Shown here: positions 26,495-35,773 of the stretch, in pieces
Position numbering within the stretch: the first letter of the stretch is position 1
How the letters are laid out: each line of letters starts with the position of its first letter
Source of the DNA: an uncultured Acidimicrobiaceae bacterium
GTDB taxonomy: Bacteria; Actinomycetota; Acidimicrobiia; Acidimicrobiales; RAAP-2
Length of the DNA: 64,000 nucleotides
Direction: 5' to 3'
Assembly: GCA_963845485.1 (NCBI GenBank)
Contig: CAWJSI010000002.1
Location: 8,440-72,439 of the forward strand
Translations under genes and position numbers: made by a program
The notes under the pieces: model-generated
Seen by the model: the letters and a program-made list of their open reading frames with translations, nothing else
The model's database searches: none
What the model was told of the DNA's origin: nothing

Positions 26495-28096
26495 ATGGCA
26501 CTGACCGCCACGGCGGGCACCGAGGTCGAGCTGGCCGGACCCCCGGCCACACCGGTGGCGGCGCGGTCGCGCCCGTCCGCCCTCCTCTGGGCCGCCGCCG
26601 TGGCCGTGGCCGCCCTGCTGGCGCTGCCCCTCGTCTATGTGGTGGTCCAGGCGGCCCAGGCCGGATGGTCGGAGATCCTGCGCCTGGTCTTCCGCCAGTT
26701 CACCCTCCAGCTGCTGTGGAACACCGTCAAACTCTCGGCCACGGTGACGCTGACCTGTGCGGTCATCGGCACGGCCACGGCCTGGCTGGTCGAGAAGACC
26801 GACCTTCCCGGCCGGAGGTTCTGGGCCGTGGCCGTCGTCCTGCCGGTGGCCATTCCCGACTTCGTGACCGGGTTCGGGTGGGTGTCGGTGGCCCCGGCGG
26901 TGCACGGCTACCTCGGGGCGTCCCTCGTGATGACCCTGGCTCTCTACCCCCTGGTGTACCTCCCGGTGGCTGCATCCTTCCGGGGGGCCGACCCCGGCCA
27001 GGAGGAGGTGGCCCGGTCCCTCGGGCTGTCCCGCACCGCCACCTTCCTTCGGGTGACCATGGCCCAGGCCCGGCCGGCCCTCCTCGGCGGCTGCGTACTC
27101 GTCTCGTTGGCCCTCCTGGCCGAGTACGGGGCCTTCGAGATCCTGCGCTACCAGACGCTCACCACGGAGATCTTCTTCGAGTCCGAGCGCAGCTACAACA
27201 TCCCGGTGGCCTCGTCCCTCTCCCTCATCTTGGTCGTGCTCAGCTTCGCCGTGCTCGGGGCCGACGCCCTGGCCCGGGGGAAGGGCCGGGTGACCCGCAC
27301 CACCCGGGCCGTGCGGGAGCGCACCCCCCACCGTTTGGGCCGGGCCACCATCCCGTCGCTCCTCGGCCTGGTCCTCTTGGTGGTGCTGGCCCTCGGGGTG
27401 CCGGTCGGCGTGGTCCTCTACTGGATGCTCCGGGGAGGCACGACCACCCTGCCCAGCTCGACCTCGCTGGTCGGGGCGGCCTTGACCACGGCCGGCTACG
27501 CCGCGGCCGCCGGGGCCCTGGCCACTGTGCTGGCCCTTCCCGTCGCCCTCCTCGCCGTGCGCCACCCGAGACGCTCGACGGCGGCCCTGGAGCGCGGGAC
27601 CTTCGTGGTCCAGGCCGTGCCCGGACTGATCATCGCCCTGGCCCTCGTCTTCTTCTCCATCCGGGCCCTCACCTCGCTCTACCAGAGCACCCCCCTGCTC
27701 ATCGTGGGCTACGCCATCATGTTCTTCCCCCTGGCCCTGGTGGCCGTGCGCACCTCGGTAGCCCAGGCGCCGCTCAGCCTGGAGGACGTGGCCCGATCGC
27801 TCGGTCGTCGCCGCCTGGCCGTGTGGTGGCGGGTCATCCTCCCCCTCGTGGGCCCGGGCCTCGCCGCCGGGTTCTGCCTGGTGTTCCTCTCGACGGTGAC
27901 CGAACTCACCTTGACCCTGGTGATGGTGCCCACCGGCGTCCAGACCCTCGCCACCCAGTTCTGGGCCTACACCACCAATCTGGCCTACGCCGCCGCCGCC
28001 CCCTATGCCGGCCTCATGATTCTCATCGCCGTCATACCGAGCTATATCCTCGGACGATGGTTCGACCGGCTGCCGGCCCGCACGGGCCCCTCGTGA
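26495..28096 (+). CDS. ABC transporter permease, duplicated (FbpB-like, 12 TMS)
   Basis: Two tandem BPD-type permease halves in a 533-aa hydrophobic protein. Confidence 0.85.
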   Translation: MALTATAGTEVELAGPPATPVAARSRPSALLWAAAVAVAALLALPLVYVVVQAAQAGWSEILRLVFRQFTLQLLWNTVKLSATVTLTCAVIGTATAWLVEKTDLPGRRFWAVAVVLPVAIPDFVTGFGWVSVAPAVHGYLGASLVMTLALYPLVYLPVAASFRGADPGQEEVARSLGLSRTATFLRVTMAQARPALLGGCVLVSLALLAEYGAFEILRYQTLTTEIFFESERSYNIPVASSLSLILVVLSFAVLGADALARGKGRVTRTTRAVRERTPHRLGRATIPSLLGLVLLVVLALGVPVGVVLYWMLRGGTTTLPSSTSLVGAALTTAGYAAAAGALATVLALPVALLAVRHPRRSTAALERGTFVVQAVPGLIIALALVFFSIRALTSLYQSTPLLIVGYAIMFFPLALVAVRTSVAQAPLSLEDVARSLGRRRLAVWWRVILPLVGPGLAAGFCLVFLSTVTELTLTLVMVPTGVQTLATQFWAYTTNLAYAAAAPYAGLMILIAVIPSYILGRWFDRLPARTGPS

Positions 28097-29157
28097 ACGG
28101 GCTGACCGTCGACGACCTCCACAAGTCCTTCGGAAGCCAGTCGGTGCTCACCGGCGTCCACCTCGACGTGCCCGAGGGATCCCTCACCGCCGTGCTCGGC
28201 CCGTCGGGCAGCGGCAAGACCACCATGTTGCGGGTGGTGGCCGGCTTCGAGCGGGCCGACCGCGGCACGGTGACCCTGGCCGGCCGGGTGGTGGAGGACG
28301 CCCACCACTCCCTGCCCCCCGAGCAGCGGGGCATCGGCTACGTGCCCCAGGACGGTTCGCTCTTTCCCCATCTGACCGTGGCGGCCAACGTGGCCTTCGG
28401 GGTCCGCCGGTCCAGCCGCAAGGCGCTCGGGTCCAACACCGACGAGCTGCTGGCCATGGTGGGACTGGCCGGATTGGGCCATCGCTACCCCCACCAGCTG
28501 TCCGGCGGCCAGCAACAACGCGTGGCGCTGGCCCGGGCCCTGGCCATCCGGCCGGCCCTCGTCCTGTTGGACGAGCCCTTCTCGTCCCTCGACGCCGGAC
28601 TGCGGGCCAGCGTGCGCAGCGACGTCCAAGACGTCCTCCGCTCGGGGGGTATCACCGCCGTGCTGGTCACCCACGACCAGGACGAGGCCCTGTCGGTGGC
28701 CGACCAGGTGGCCGTGATCCGGGACGGCACCATCGGTCAGTGCGGAACGCCCCAGGAGCTCTACGACCATCCCATCGACCCGGCCATGGCCCGGTTCCTC
28801 GGAGACGCCAACCTGGTGGCGGCCACGGTGGACGGCGACCGGGTGGCCACCCCCTTCGGCCCCCTGGCCCTGCGACGCGACTCTCATCCTCGGGCGTACT
28901 CGGGTCCGGCGGTGGCCCTCGTCCGACCCGAGCAGCTGATCCTGTCCACGGCCATGCACGGGGAGGGGATCCGCGCCCGGGTACTGCGCACCGAGTTCCA
29001 CGGCCACGACACCGTGATCACCGTCGACCCCTCGACCCTGGCCGATCGGGCGCCGATCACCGTGCGGGCCGAGGGCGACCTCGTGGTGGCCAACGGGACC
29101 GAGGTCGAGATCACCGCCACCGGGTCGGCGGTGGCCTGGCCGGCACGGGTGGGCTGA
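28093..29157 (+). CDS. ABC transporter ATPase (FbpC/PotA-like) with C-terminal regulatory domain
   Basis: GTG 28093 overlaps the permease stop (GTGA). Contains GPSGSGKTT, LSGGQQQRVALARAL and LLDEPFSSLD. Only the last 354 codons of ORF 26665..29157 are used. Confidence 0.9.
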   Translation: MNGLTVDDLHKSFGSQSVLTGVHLDVPEGSLTAVLGPSGSGKTTMLRVVAGFERADRGTVTLAGRVVEDAHHSLPPEQRGIGYVPQDGSLFPHLTVAANVAFGVRRSSRKALGSNTDELLAMVGLAGLGHRYPHQLSGGQQQRVALARALAIRPALVLLDEPFSSLDAGLRASVRSDVQDVLRSGGITAVLVTHDQDEALSVADQVAVIRDGTIGQCGTPQELYDHPIDPAMARFLGDANLVAATVDGDRVATPFGPLALRRDSHPRAYSGPAVALVRPEQLILSTAMHGEGIRARVLRTEFHGHDTVITVDPSTLADRAPITVRAEGDLVVANGTEVEITATGSAVAWPARVG

Positions 29158-29208
29158 ACCGACCGGCTGGCCCTCGGGGAGAGCGACTCGCCGACTCGGG
29201 TCGGCGGT

Positions 29209-30063
29209 TCAGACGGCCAGCACGACGACCGAGCCCAGGGACACCAGCCGGTCGTCGGCCCCGAGGTCGTGGACGGCCACCCGGACGAGCATCCGCCCCG
29301 CCGGGCCGCCCACCACTCGGCACCGGGCCTCGACCGGGCCGACCCGGACCGGGCGGAGGTAGTGGAGCACGGTGTCGGCGGCGGCCACTCCGTTCGGCGT
29401 CGACTGGCCCGACGCCGACGCCGCGGCGCGACAGGCGGCCACGTCGACCAGCACCGCCATGGCGCCCCCGTGGAGGATTCCCCAGGGGTTGCGGAGATGG
29501 TCGGCCAGCTGGAGGCGGGTGGTCGACCCGACTCCGGGCTCGATGTGGAAGAACTCCTCGGGTCGCGGGCTCTCGGCCATGGGTGGGGGCATGGGCACGA
29601 CCGCCGGACGAGTGAAGTTGAGCGTCATGTCGGCCGCCGGGTCGAGCACGGCAAAGGTGGCCGTCGACGCCGCCACCAAGACGTCGGAGCGACCCTCGTC
29701 CACCACCCGGAGGCCGGCCACGACCGAGTTCCGGCCCCGACGGAGGACCGTGCCGTGGACGCGGAGCGGTCCGGTGTGGTCGAGCCGGGTCACCGTGGCC
29801 ATGAGGTTGGTGGTCACGATCCAGCGGGGCAGGACCGAGAGGCCGGCGAGGAAGCCGCCCACCGAGTCGAGGTTGGTGAGCAGGGCGCCGGTGCGCATGC
29901 CTCCCCCCGCACCGCGGTGGTGGTCGTCGAGGGGCATGCGGCCGCCGAACTCGGAGAACCCCTCCACGCCGTCGTCGGGAGGGATCTCCCAGCGTTCCAG
30001 GCGGAAGTACTCGTTCATGTAGTGGCGGAGATCGACCGGCCGCTGCGGGGTGAATCCGCTCAC
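29209..30063 (-). CDS. Double hotdog-fold, PaaI-like thioesterase family protein
   Basis: Two hotdog halves. The C-terminal half has NPWGILHGGAMAVLVDVAA. 4-nt overlap with the upstream paralogue. Confidence 0.7.
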   Translation of the reverse strand: MSGFTPQRPVDLRHYMNEYFRLERWEIPPDDGVEGFSEFGGRMPLDDHHRGAGGGMRTGALLTNLDSVGGFLAGLSVLPRWIVTTNLMATVTRLDHTGPLRVHGTVLRRGRNSVVAGLRVVDEGRSDVLVAASTATFAVLDPAADMTLNFTRPAVVPMPPPMAESPRPEEFFHIEPGVGSTTRLQLADHLRNPWGILHGGAMAVLVDVAACRAAASASGQSTPNGVAAADTVLHYLRPVRVGPVEARCRVVGGPAGRMLVRVAVHDLGADDRLVSLGSVVVLAV

Positions 30064-30968
30064 CGCGCCACCGCCCGGTCCGCCGGGGCGAACTCCTCCA
30101 CCGGGACGGCACGGGCGTTGATCACCGTGGTCAGCCGGTCCTCGGCCCCCGCGTCCACCAGCTCGACCACCGCGCTGGCCGCCCGGGCCCTCCCCGCGCC
30201 CCCCACTGCTCCCCCGTCGAGCACTGTCGCCCCGGTGACGATGGGCCCCACCCGCCCGAGGGTCAGGTAGGCCACCTGCAGATCGGTGACCACCACGCCG
30301 CCCGACCCGAGCCCGGTGGCCGCACCCAGCGCCTCGGTGGCCGCCACATCGCCGAGGAGGGCCATGGCCCCGCCCTGGACGGCCTGGATCGAATTGTGGA
30401 CGTAGGGGTGGACCGGCAGGGACACCCTCCCAGCAGCGGGATCCAGAACCGAGATGCCCAAGGTCTCGAGTAGGGACCGTCGCAGCCCGATGCCGTCCCC
30501 GATGGACATCGTCGTCGGCAGGTCGAACGGGAGGTCCTGGTCCATGGTCCGGTTGCCCCCCGGGAGCACGGCGAACGTCGTCGTGCTCCAGGCCACGGGA
30601 TCAGCGTCGGACAGCTCGGCGCCGTGCTCGTCCACGTTGACCACCAGGGCCTCGAGGACCATGGTCGTCCGCCCGCGTCGCACCAGCTCGATGCGGGCCT
30701 CGATGAACGGTCCGAGGGCGGGGCGGACCAGTTGGACCGTCATGTCGGCCGTGGCCATCCAGTCCGGTCGCAGGATCCGTACGCCGAGCAGTCCACCGAC
30801 CACGTCGACCAGCGTGGCCACCACGCCGACCCGGACGCCGCCGTCGGCCCCAGCCACGTGTGGGCTGACCCGGGTACGGCCTTTGGCGCTGGTGTCGGAC
30901 AGGATCTCGGAGACGAAGCCGAGGTCACCGAGGAAGTGGGTCGCGGGCGGGTAGCCCCCGACGACCAC
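30060..30968 (-). CDS. Double hotdog-fold, PaaI-like thioesterase family protein (paralogue)
   Basis: NSIQAVQGGAMALLGDVAATEALG plus an N-terminal hotdog half. The GTG start directly abuts the SDR stop (TGAGTG). Confidence 0.7.
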   Translation of the reverse strand: MVVGGYPPATHFLGDLGFVSEILSDTSAKGRTRVSPHVAGADGGVRVGVVATLVDVVGGLLGVRILRPDWMATADMTVQLVRPALGPFIEARIELVRRGRTTMVLEALVVNVDEHGAELSDADPVAWSTTTFAVLPGGNRTMDQDLPFDLPTTMSIGDGIGLRRSLLETLGISVLDPAAGRVSLPVHPYVHNSIQAVQGGAMALLGDVAATEALGAATGLGSGGVVVTDLQVAYLTLGRVGPIVTGATVLDGGAVGGAGRARAASAVVELVDAGAEDRLTTVINARAVPVEEFAPADRAVAR

Positions 30969-31730
30969 TCAGCGTTCCTGCTCGGTGGGTCGGATCAGGA
31001 CCTCGTTGACGGTGACATGGCGGGGCCGGGTGACGGTGAAGACGATGGCTTCGGCGATGTCCTCGGCGGCCATGATCTCGGTCTGGCCGAAGGTGGACGA
31101 GATGTTCTTCAGCACCTCGGGCCGGTTGTGGCCGGCCAGCTCGGTCCTCGTGGCCCCGGGCTCGATGAGGCTCACCCGTACGTGGCGGGTGGTCACCTCC
31201 TGGCGGAGGGATTCGGAGAAGGCCCCGACCCCGAACTTGGTGGCGTTGTAGACCCCGCTCCCCACCCGGGCGGCCCGCCCGGCCACCGAGCTCACATTGA
31301 CCACGTCGGCCACCCGACGGGGCTCCTGTTCGGCCGCGGCCAACAGGTGCGGGAGGGCGGCATGGGTGGTGTAGAGGAGGCCCAGCACGTTGAGCTCGAC
31401 CATCCGTCGCCACTCCTCGACCGGTGCGTCCACGATGGGGCCGAGGAGCATGACCCCGGCGTTGTTGATCACCGTGTCGAGCCGACCGAACTCGGTCACG
31501 GTGGCCTCCACCATGGCCCGGGCCGCCGCCTCGTCGGTGATGTCGGTCTCGATGACCAGGACGTCGGTGTCGTTGCCGATCCGCTCGACGACCAGTTCGA
31601 GCCGGTCGCGGCGTCGGGCGGCGATGGCCACCTTGGCGCCCTCTGCGGCCAGGGCGACCGCCGTGGCCTCACCGATGCCACTGGAGGCCCCGGTCACCAG
31701 GGCCACTGTTCCTTCGAGACGACGCGCCAT
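30969..31730 (-). CDS. SDR family oxidoreductase
   Basis: LVTGASSGIGEA, NNAG and YNATKFGVGAF (YxxxK). Confidence 0.9.
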   Translation of the reverse strand: MARRLEGTVALVTGASSGIGEATAVALAAEGAKVAIAARRRDRLELVVERIGNDTDVLVIETDITDEAAARAMVEATVTEFGRLDTVINNAGVMLLGPIVDAPVEEWRRMVELNVLGLLYTTHAALPHLLAAAEQEPRRVADVVNVSSVAGRAARVGSGVYNATKFGVGAFSESLRQEVTTRHVRVSLIEPGATRTELAGHNRPEVLKNISSTFGQTEIMAAEDIAEAIVFTVTRPRHVTVNEVLIRPTEQER

Positions 31731-31891
31731 GACTTCCCCGTTCTGCTCAGCGATGGCCGCAGTGTACCGACGGGTTCACGAGACCGACCAGCAGGGGGCG
31801 GGACGTGGCCGGCCACGCGGGCGCAGGGGCCGGCGAGTGGGTGAAACGGGTTGGGGTGCCGGGAGCAGGCCGGAGCCCGTGGGCGGACCGA

Positions 31892-32188
31892 TCAGGCCGC
31901 GGTCTGGCGATCCGACTTCCGGGGCTGGCCCTGTCCGCTGGCCGTCTGCTTGCGGGGCGAGCTCCGGCGGGTCCGGCGGCGCTGCCGCGTGGAGGTGTCG
32001 TAGGGACGCTGGGTGGACGCCGGGCTCTCGTGGAGGGCGCACCACTCGGTGCTGTTGTACCGGGACAGCTTGACGGTGCAGTCGTCGGCGATGCACACCC
32101 TGCCCGTGGCGAACACCTCGGGGGGCGTGCTCCCGGCCAGTCCGTCGGCCAGATATGAGCTGTCCTCTGCCATTCGCCTATCCACCAT
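31892..32188 (-). CDS. Small Cys-containing hypothetical protein with a basic tail
   Basis: CIADDCTVKLSRYNSTEWCALH (CxxxC...CxxH, zinc-ribbon-like), followed by an Arg/Lys-rich tail. Confidence 0.45.
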   Translation of the reverse strand: MVDRRMAEDSSYLADGLAGSTPPEVFATGRVCIADDCTVKLSRYNSTEWCALHESPASTQRPYDTSTRQRRRTRRSSPRKQTASGQGQPRKSDRQTAA

Positions 32189-32336
32189 GGCGGTCGTACC
32201 TCGCTTGTCGTCGGGACATCAGCTACGAGTTACTTCGGCAGGTGGGGGCGGGAACTGTAACGGCACGGGCGGGCGGCACGGGGCCGCCAGGGGCGGCCTC
32301 AGGCGTGGCGCCCCACGTTGGTAGCGTCCCTGTTCG

Positions 32337-33974
32337 ATGCCCCTCCCCGACCTGTCCCACCCGTGGTGGAAGACGGCGGTCTTCTACCAGATCTACCCCC
32401 GATCCTTTGCCGACTCGAACGGGGACGGGATCGGCGATCTGGGGGGTATCCGTGCCCACCTGGCCGACCTGGCCTGGCTGGGGGTCGACGCCCTGTGGAT
32501 CTCCCCGTTCTTCCGGTCGCCCATGGCCGACTTCGGCTACGACGTGAGCGACTACTGCGACGTGGACCCCCTCTTCGGCACCCTCGAGGAGTTCGATCTC
32601 CTGATGGACGAAGCCCACGCCTTGGGCCTCAAGGTGATCATCGACTGGGTGCCCAACCACACCTCGGACCAGCACCCCTGGTTCCTCGACTCGGCGAGCG
32701 GTCCGGGGAGCGACCACCGGGACTTCTACGTGTGGCGCGACGCCAACCCCGACGGCACCCCGCCCAACAACTGGGTCTCGTCGTTCGATCTCACCGCGCC
32801 AGCCTGGACCCTCGACGAGTCCTCGGGTCAGTGGTACCTGCACCTCTTCGAGGCGGCCCAACCCGATCTCAACTGGGACCACCCCGCGGTCGAAGCGGCC
32901 ATGCACGACGTCCTCCGGTTCTGGCTGGACCGGGGCGTCGACGGCGTGCGGGCCGATGTCATCCACTGCATCGGCAAGGACCCCGATCTGCCCGACGAGC
33001 CCCCCGAGGTGGCCGGCATCCCCCACAGCGCGCTCAACGACGTGCCCGTGACCCACGAGCGGCTGAGGGCGATCCGGTCCCTCATCGACGGCTACCCCGG
33101 GAACCGGGTCATCGTGGGTGAGGTCTACCTGCTGTCCACCCAGGCGGTGGCCTCCTACTACGGCCAGAACGACGAACTGCACCTGGCCTTCAACTTCCCG
33201 CCCTTGTTCGCACCGTGGCGACAGGACGCCTGGGCCCGGTGCATCGACGAGGCCATGGCCGCCCTCGAGCCCCGGAACGCCTGGCCGACCTGGGTACTGT
33301 CCAACCACGACAACCCCCGCCACCGGACCCGGTACGACCGGGCCGGTGCCCGCCATGGCGAGGACGCGGCCAGCACCGAGGCACGCAGCGAGGCACGGGC
33401 CCGGACCGCCGCCGTGCTGCTGTTGACCTTGCGAGGCACCCCGTTCCTCTACCAGGGCGAGGAGCTGGGCCTCCTGGACGGGATCATCCCACCCGACCGG
33501 CAGGTGGATCCCGGCGGACGGGACGGGTGCCGCTCGCCGGTGCCCTGGGACGGGTCGGCCGATCACGGCTGGCCCACCGCGGGCGGTGCCGAGGTCTGGC
33601 TACCATTCCCGCCCGGGTCGGACCGGCGAAACCGTGCCGATCTGGCCACGGACCCCTCATCCATCCTCCACCTCTACCGCCGCCTCCTGGCGCTCCGCCA
33701 CGACGCCACCGCTTTGCGGCTTGGTGACCAGGAGCTCGTCGACCTGGCCGAGGGCGTGCTGGCCTACGAGCGCCGGTGGGGCGACGAGTCCTATCTGGTG
33801 GCACTCAACCTCGGCCCCGAGGCCACGCCCCTGTCCGGACCGGACCGGTCACGCCTCGCGGACAGGACCGTGGTGCTGTCGAGCGATGGCGCGGGCGAGG
33901 GTGGCACCAGGCCGACGAGCATCGCTGGCGACCAGGCGTTGGTCCTGGGCCCGACGACGGCCGGCCGGCGCTGA
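32337..33974 (+). CDS. GH13 alpha-glucosidase / oligo-1,6-glucosidase-like
   Basis: WWKTAVFYQIYPRSFADSNGDGIGDL, DWVPNHTS, VDGVRADVIHCI, VIVGEVY and SNHDNPR (GH13 conserved regions I-IV). Confidence 0.9.
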   Translation: MPLPDLSHPWWKTAVFYQIYPRSFADSNGDGIGDLGGIRAHLADLAWLGVDALWISPFFRSPMADFGYDVSDYCDVDPLFGTLEEFDLLMDEAHALGLKVIIDWVPNHTSDQHPWFLDSASGPGSDHRDFYVWRDANPDGTPPNNWVSSFDLTAPAWTLDESSGQWYLHLFEAAQPDLNWDHPAVEAAMHDVLRFWLDRGVDGVRADVIHCIGKDPDLPDEPPEVAGIPHSALNDVPVTHERLRAIRSLIDGYPGNRVIVGEVYLLSTQAVASYYGQNDELHLAFNFPPLFAPWRQDAWARCIDEAMAALEPRNAWPTWVLSNHDNPRHRTRYDRAGARHGEDAASTEARSEARARTAAVLLLTLRGTPFLYQGEELGLLDGIIPPDRQVDPGGRDGCRSPVPWDGSADHGWPTAGGAEVWLPFPPGSDRRNRADLATDPSSILHLYRRLLALRHDATALRLGDQELVDLAEGVLAYERRWGDESYLVALNLGPEATPLSGPDRSRLADRTVVLSSDGAGEGGTRPTSIAGDQALVLGPTTAGRR

Positions 33975-33975
33975 G

Positions 33976-34221
33976 CTACAGCCAGGTCTCGCGCCAGAAG
34001 TCGGCCGCGCCCTCGTCACCGAGCGACATGGAGTGGCCGGATTCGTGCCCGCTGCGCCTGATGCAGCACACGAGCGTCCCGATCCACGGTCCCCGGTCGA
34101 TGCAGTGCACCGCACCACAGCGGCTCCACTGCGGCGCAGTGGGCAACTCCAGGTCGTCGAGATCGAAGTCGGCGTCGGACCATTCGCTGAACCTGTGCAC
34201 ATGAAACGGGTCGATCGTCAA
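33976..34221 (-). CDS. Small hypothetical protein (81 aa)
   Basis: TTG start 4 nt after AGGAAAG. Hand-counted third-position GC is about 88%. No family recognised. Confidence 0.5.
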   Translation of the reverse strand: MTIDPFHVHRFSEWSDADFDLDDLELPTAPQWSRCGAVHCIDRGPWIGTLVCCIRRSGHESGHSMSLGDEGAADFWRETWL

Positions 34222-34673
34222 AGTCTTTCCTGCCCCTTATGTTTCGTAACCCTCTTCTCATGATCGGAATGGTTGTGCCTGAGCTGTAGTGCGAATTGCG
34301 GGAACCACCGGGTCGGGCTCACGGCGGGCGACACCGGTGGTGGGGTCCCCCCGTACCCGCCGGCCAGGGGTCATCATGGGCCGGGTGGAAGGGTCGTCAC
34401 CGAGGGAGCAGGTCACCGGTCCGGTGAGCCCGTGACCCGGCCCCGTCACCGCCCCGGCAGGGGCGTCAAGGCCCGCTCCGCCCCAATGACCGACCGGATG
34501 GCCCACGCTGCCCCCCGCCCGGGCCTTCCTCTGTCGTCACCTGGAGTGTTCATACTCTCATCGTCGCGATCGGACCATCGTCAGGCTTAAACCGCAGCTG
34601 ACAAGCGAGAACATTCCAACGGAACTTGGTGGATATGTTCAAATTTCTAACAAAGCGGCGCTACGCTAGGCGT

Positions 34674-35702
34674 ATGAACGGTGAACCGACCAAAGGCATC
34701 GAGGACATCGTGCGCCGCAATGTGGCCGCACTCCGGTCCAAGGCCAACCTGACCCAACAGGCCCTGGCCGACGAGATGCTCCTCCGGGGCATCGCCTGGA
34801 CCCGGGAGACGGTGGCCCAGGTCGAGACGACCAACCGACGGCTGGGGTTCACCGAGGCCATCGTGGTGGCGGCGTGCCTCGACGTCCCCGTGGCCCGCCT
34901 GACGGCCACCGGGGCGCCGTCGGTGGCCGTGGGCGAGAGCGAGTGGAGTGCGGCCTACCTGGGAGCGGCCATCGCCGGCACGACCGGGGACATCTTCCCG
35001 CCCGAGAGTTACGCCTCACCCGCCTCGGAGTCGTCCGGGTCGCCGGCCTCGTCCCCGGGTCCGATGGCCACCGAGCTGGTCGGCTCCCCCGCCCGCACCA
35101 GCCCCCCCGGGGAAGTGCCCGACCGTCGCCGGGCCGACCGCCGGGTGGGCGATCCCGAGGAACGTGAGCCGAGGGGCCGCCGTAGTACTGATGTCCCGGC
35201 TGCCACCCCCCAGAAGACGGCCGAGCGCATCGAGCGCCGGCTCCGACTGCGGGTCACCGCCGGCGACGTGGACGCCACCGCCCAGCGGCTCTGGTCCCGC
35301 AGCCTCGAGGCCGAACGGGAACGCCGGGTGACCGACCGGGTGGCCCTCACCGGGGGCTCGCTCAAAACCATCCGGGGCCACGTCTCGCGCGATCTGGACC
35401 GCGAGATCGCCCACGAGATGGAACAGGACCCGGGCCGGGCCCGGCCCGCCGTGCCCCCGTCGAGCGAGATGGGCCCCGACGAGGTGACGTGGGAGGCCAC
35501 CCGACTCAACATCGTGCTCGCCAACAAGGGCTACAACGACAGCGACGTCACCCGGTGGTGGAACTTCACCCGTCACCGGGAGCTCGGGGACCAGACCATC
35601 GCCGAGGCGTGGAAAGACGGTGAGTACGGTGCGGTCAGGCGGCTGGTGGAGTCGCTGCCCGACAAGCACGGCGTCACCAACGGCTTCTACGTCGACGAGT
35701 AA
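34674..35702 (+). CDS. XRE-family HTH protein with a DUF2384-like (Xre/ParS/MbcA antitoxin-type) C-terminal domain
   Basis: HTH region VRRNVAALRSKANLTQQALADEM...ETVAQVETTNRRLGFTEAIVVA. A long Pro/Ser/Arg-rich linker follows. C-terminus is TRWWNFTRHRELGDQTIAEAWKDGEYGAVRRLVESL. ATG 34674 follows TACGCT by 6 nt, so it is possibly leaderless. Upstream alternative starts extend to 34626. Confidence 0.7.
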   Translation: MNGEPTKGIEDIVRRNVAALRSKANLTQQALADEMLLRGIAWTRETVAQVETTNRRLGFTEAIVVAACLDVPVARLTATGAPSVAVGESEWSAAYLGAAIAGTTGDIFPPESYASPASESSGSPASSPGPMATELVGSPARTSPPGEVPDRRRADRRVGDPEEREPRGRRSTDVPAATPQKTAERIERRLRLRVTAGDVDATAQRLWSRSLEAERERRVTDRVALTGGSLKTIRGHVSRDLDREIAHEMEQDPGRARPAVPPSSEMGPDEVTWEATRLNIVLANKGYNDSDVTRWWNFTRHRELGDQTIAEAWKDGEYGAVRRLVESLPDKHGVTNGFYVDE

Positions 35703-35773
35703 GTCCCCCGGGTAGCCGACACAGCCCCCGGTGCCTGGGCGCCCGCCCAGCCACCCACCCGCGAAAGGACCTG

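Noticed and set aside
26665-28092. First 476 codons of the 830-aa ORF 26665..29157. Similar N-terminal extensions occur in ORFs 43105..44445, 5144..5905, 5665..6264, 116..1291 and 54641..56035.
   Set aside because: The extensions overlap the neighbouring genes in a different frame. The recognisable domains begin at internal starts that make 4-nt overlaps or have SD sequences.
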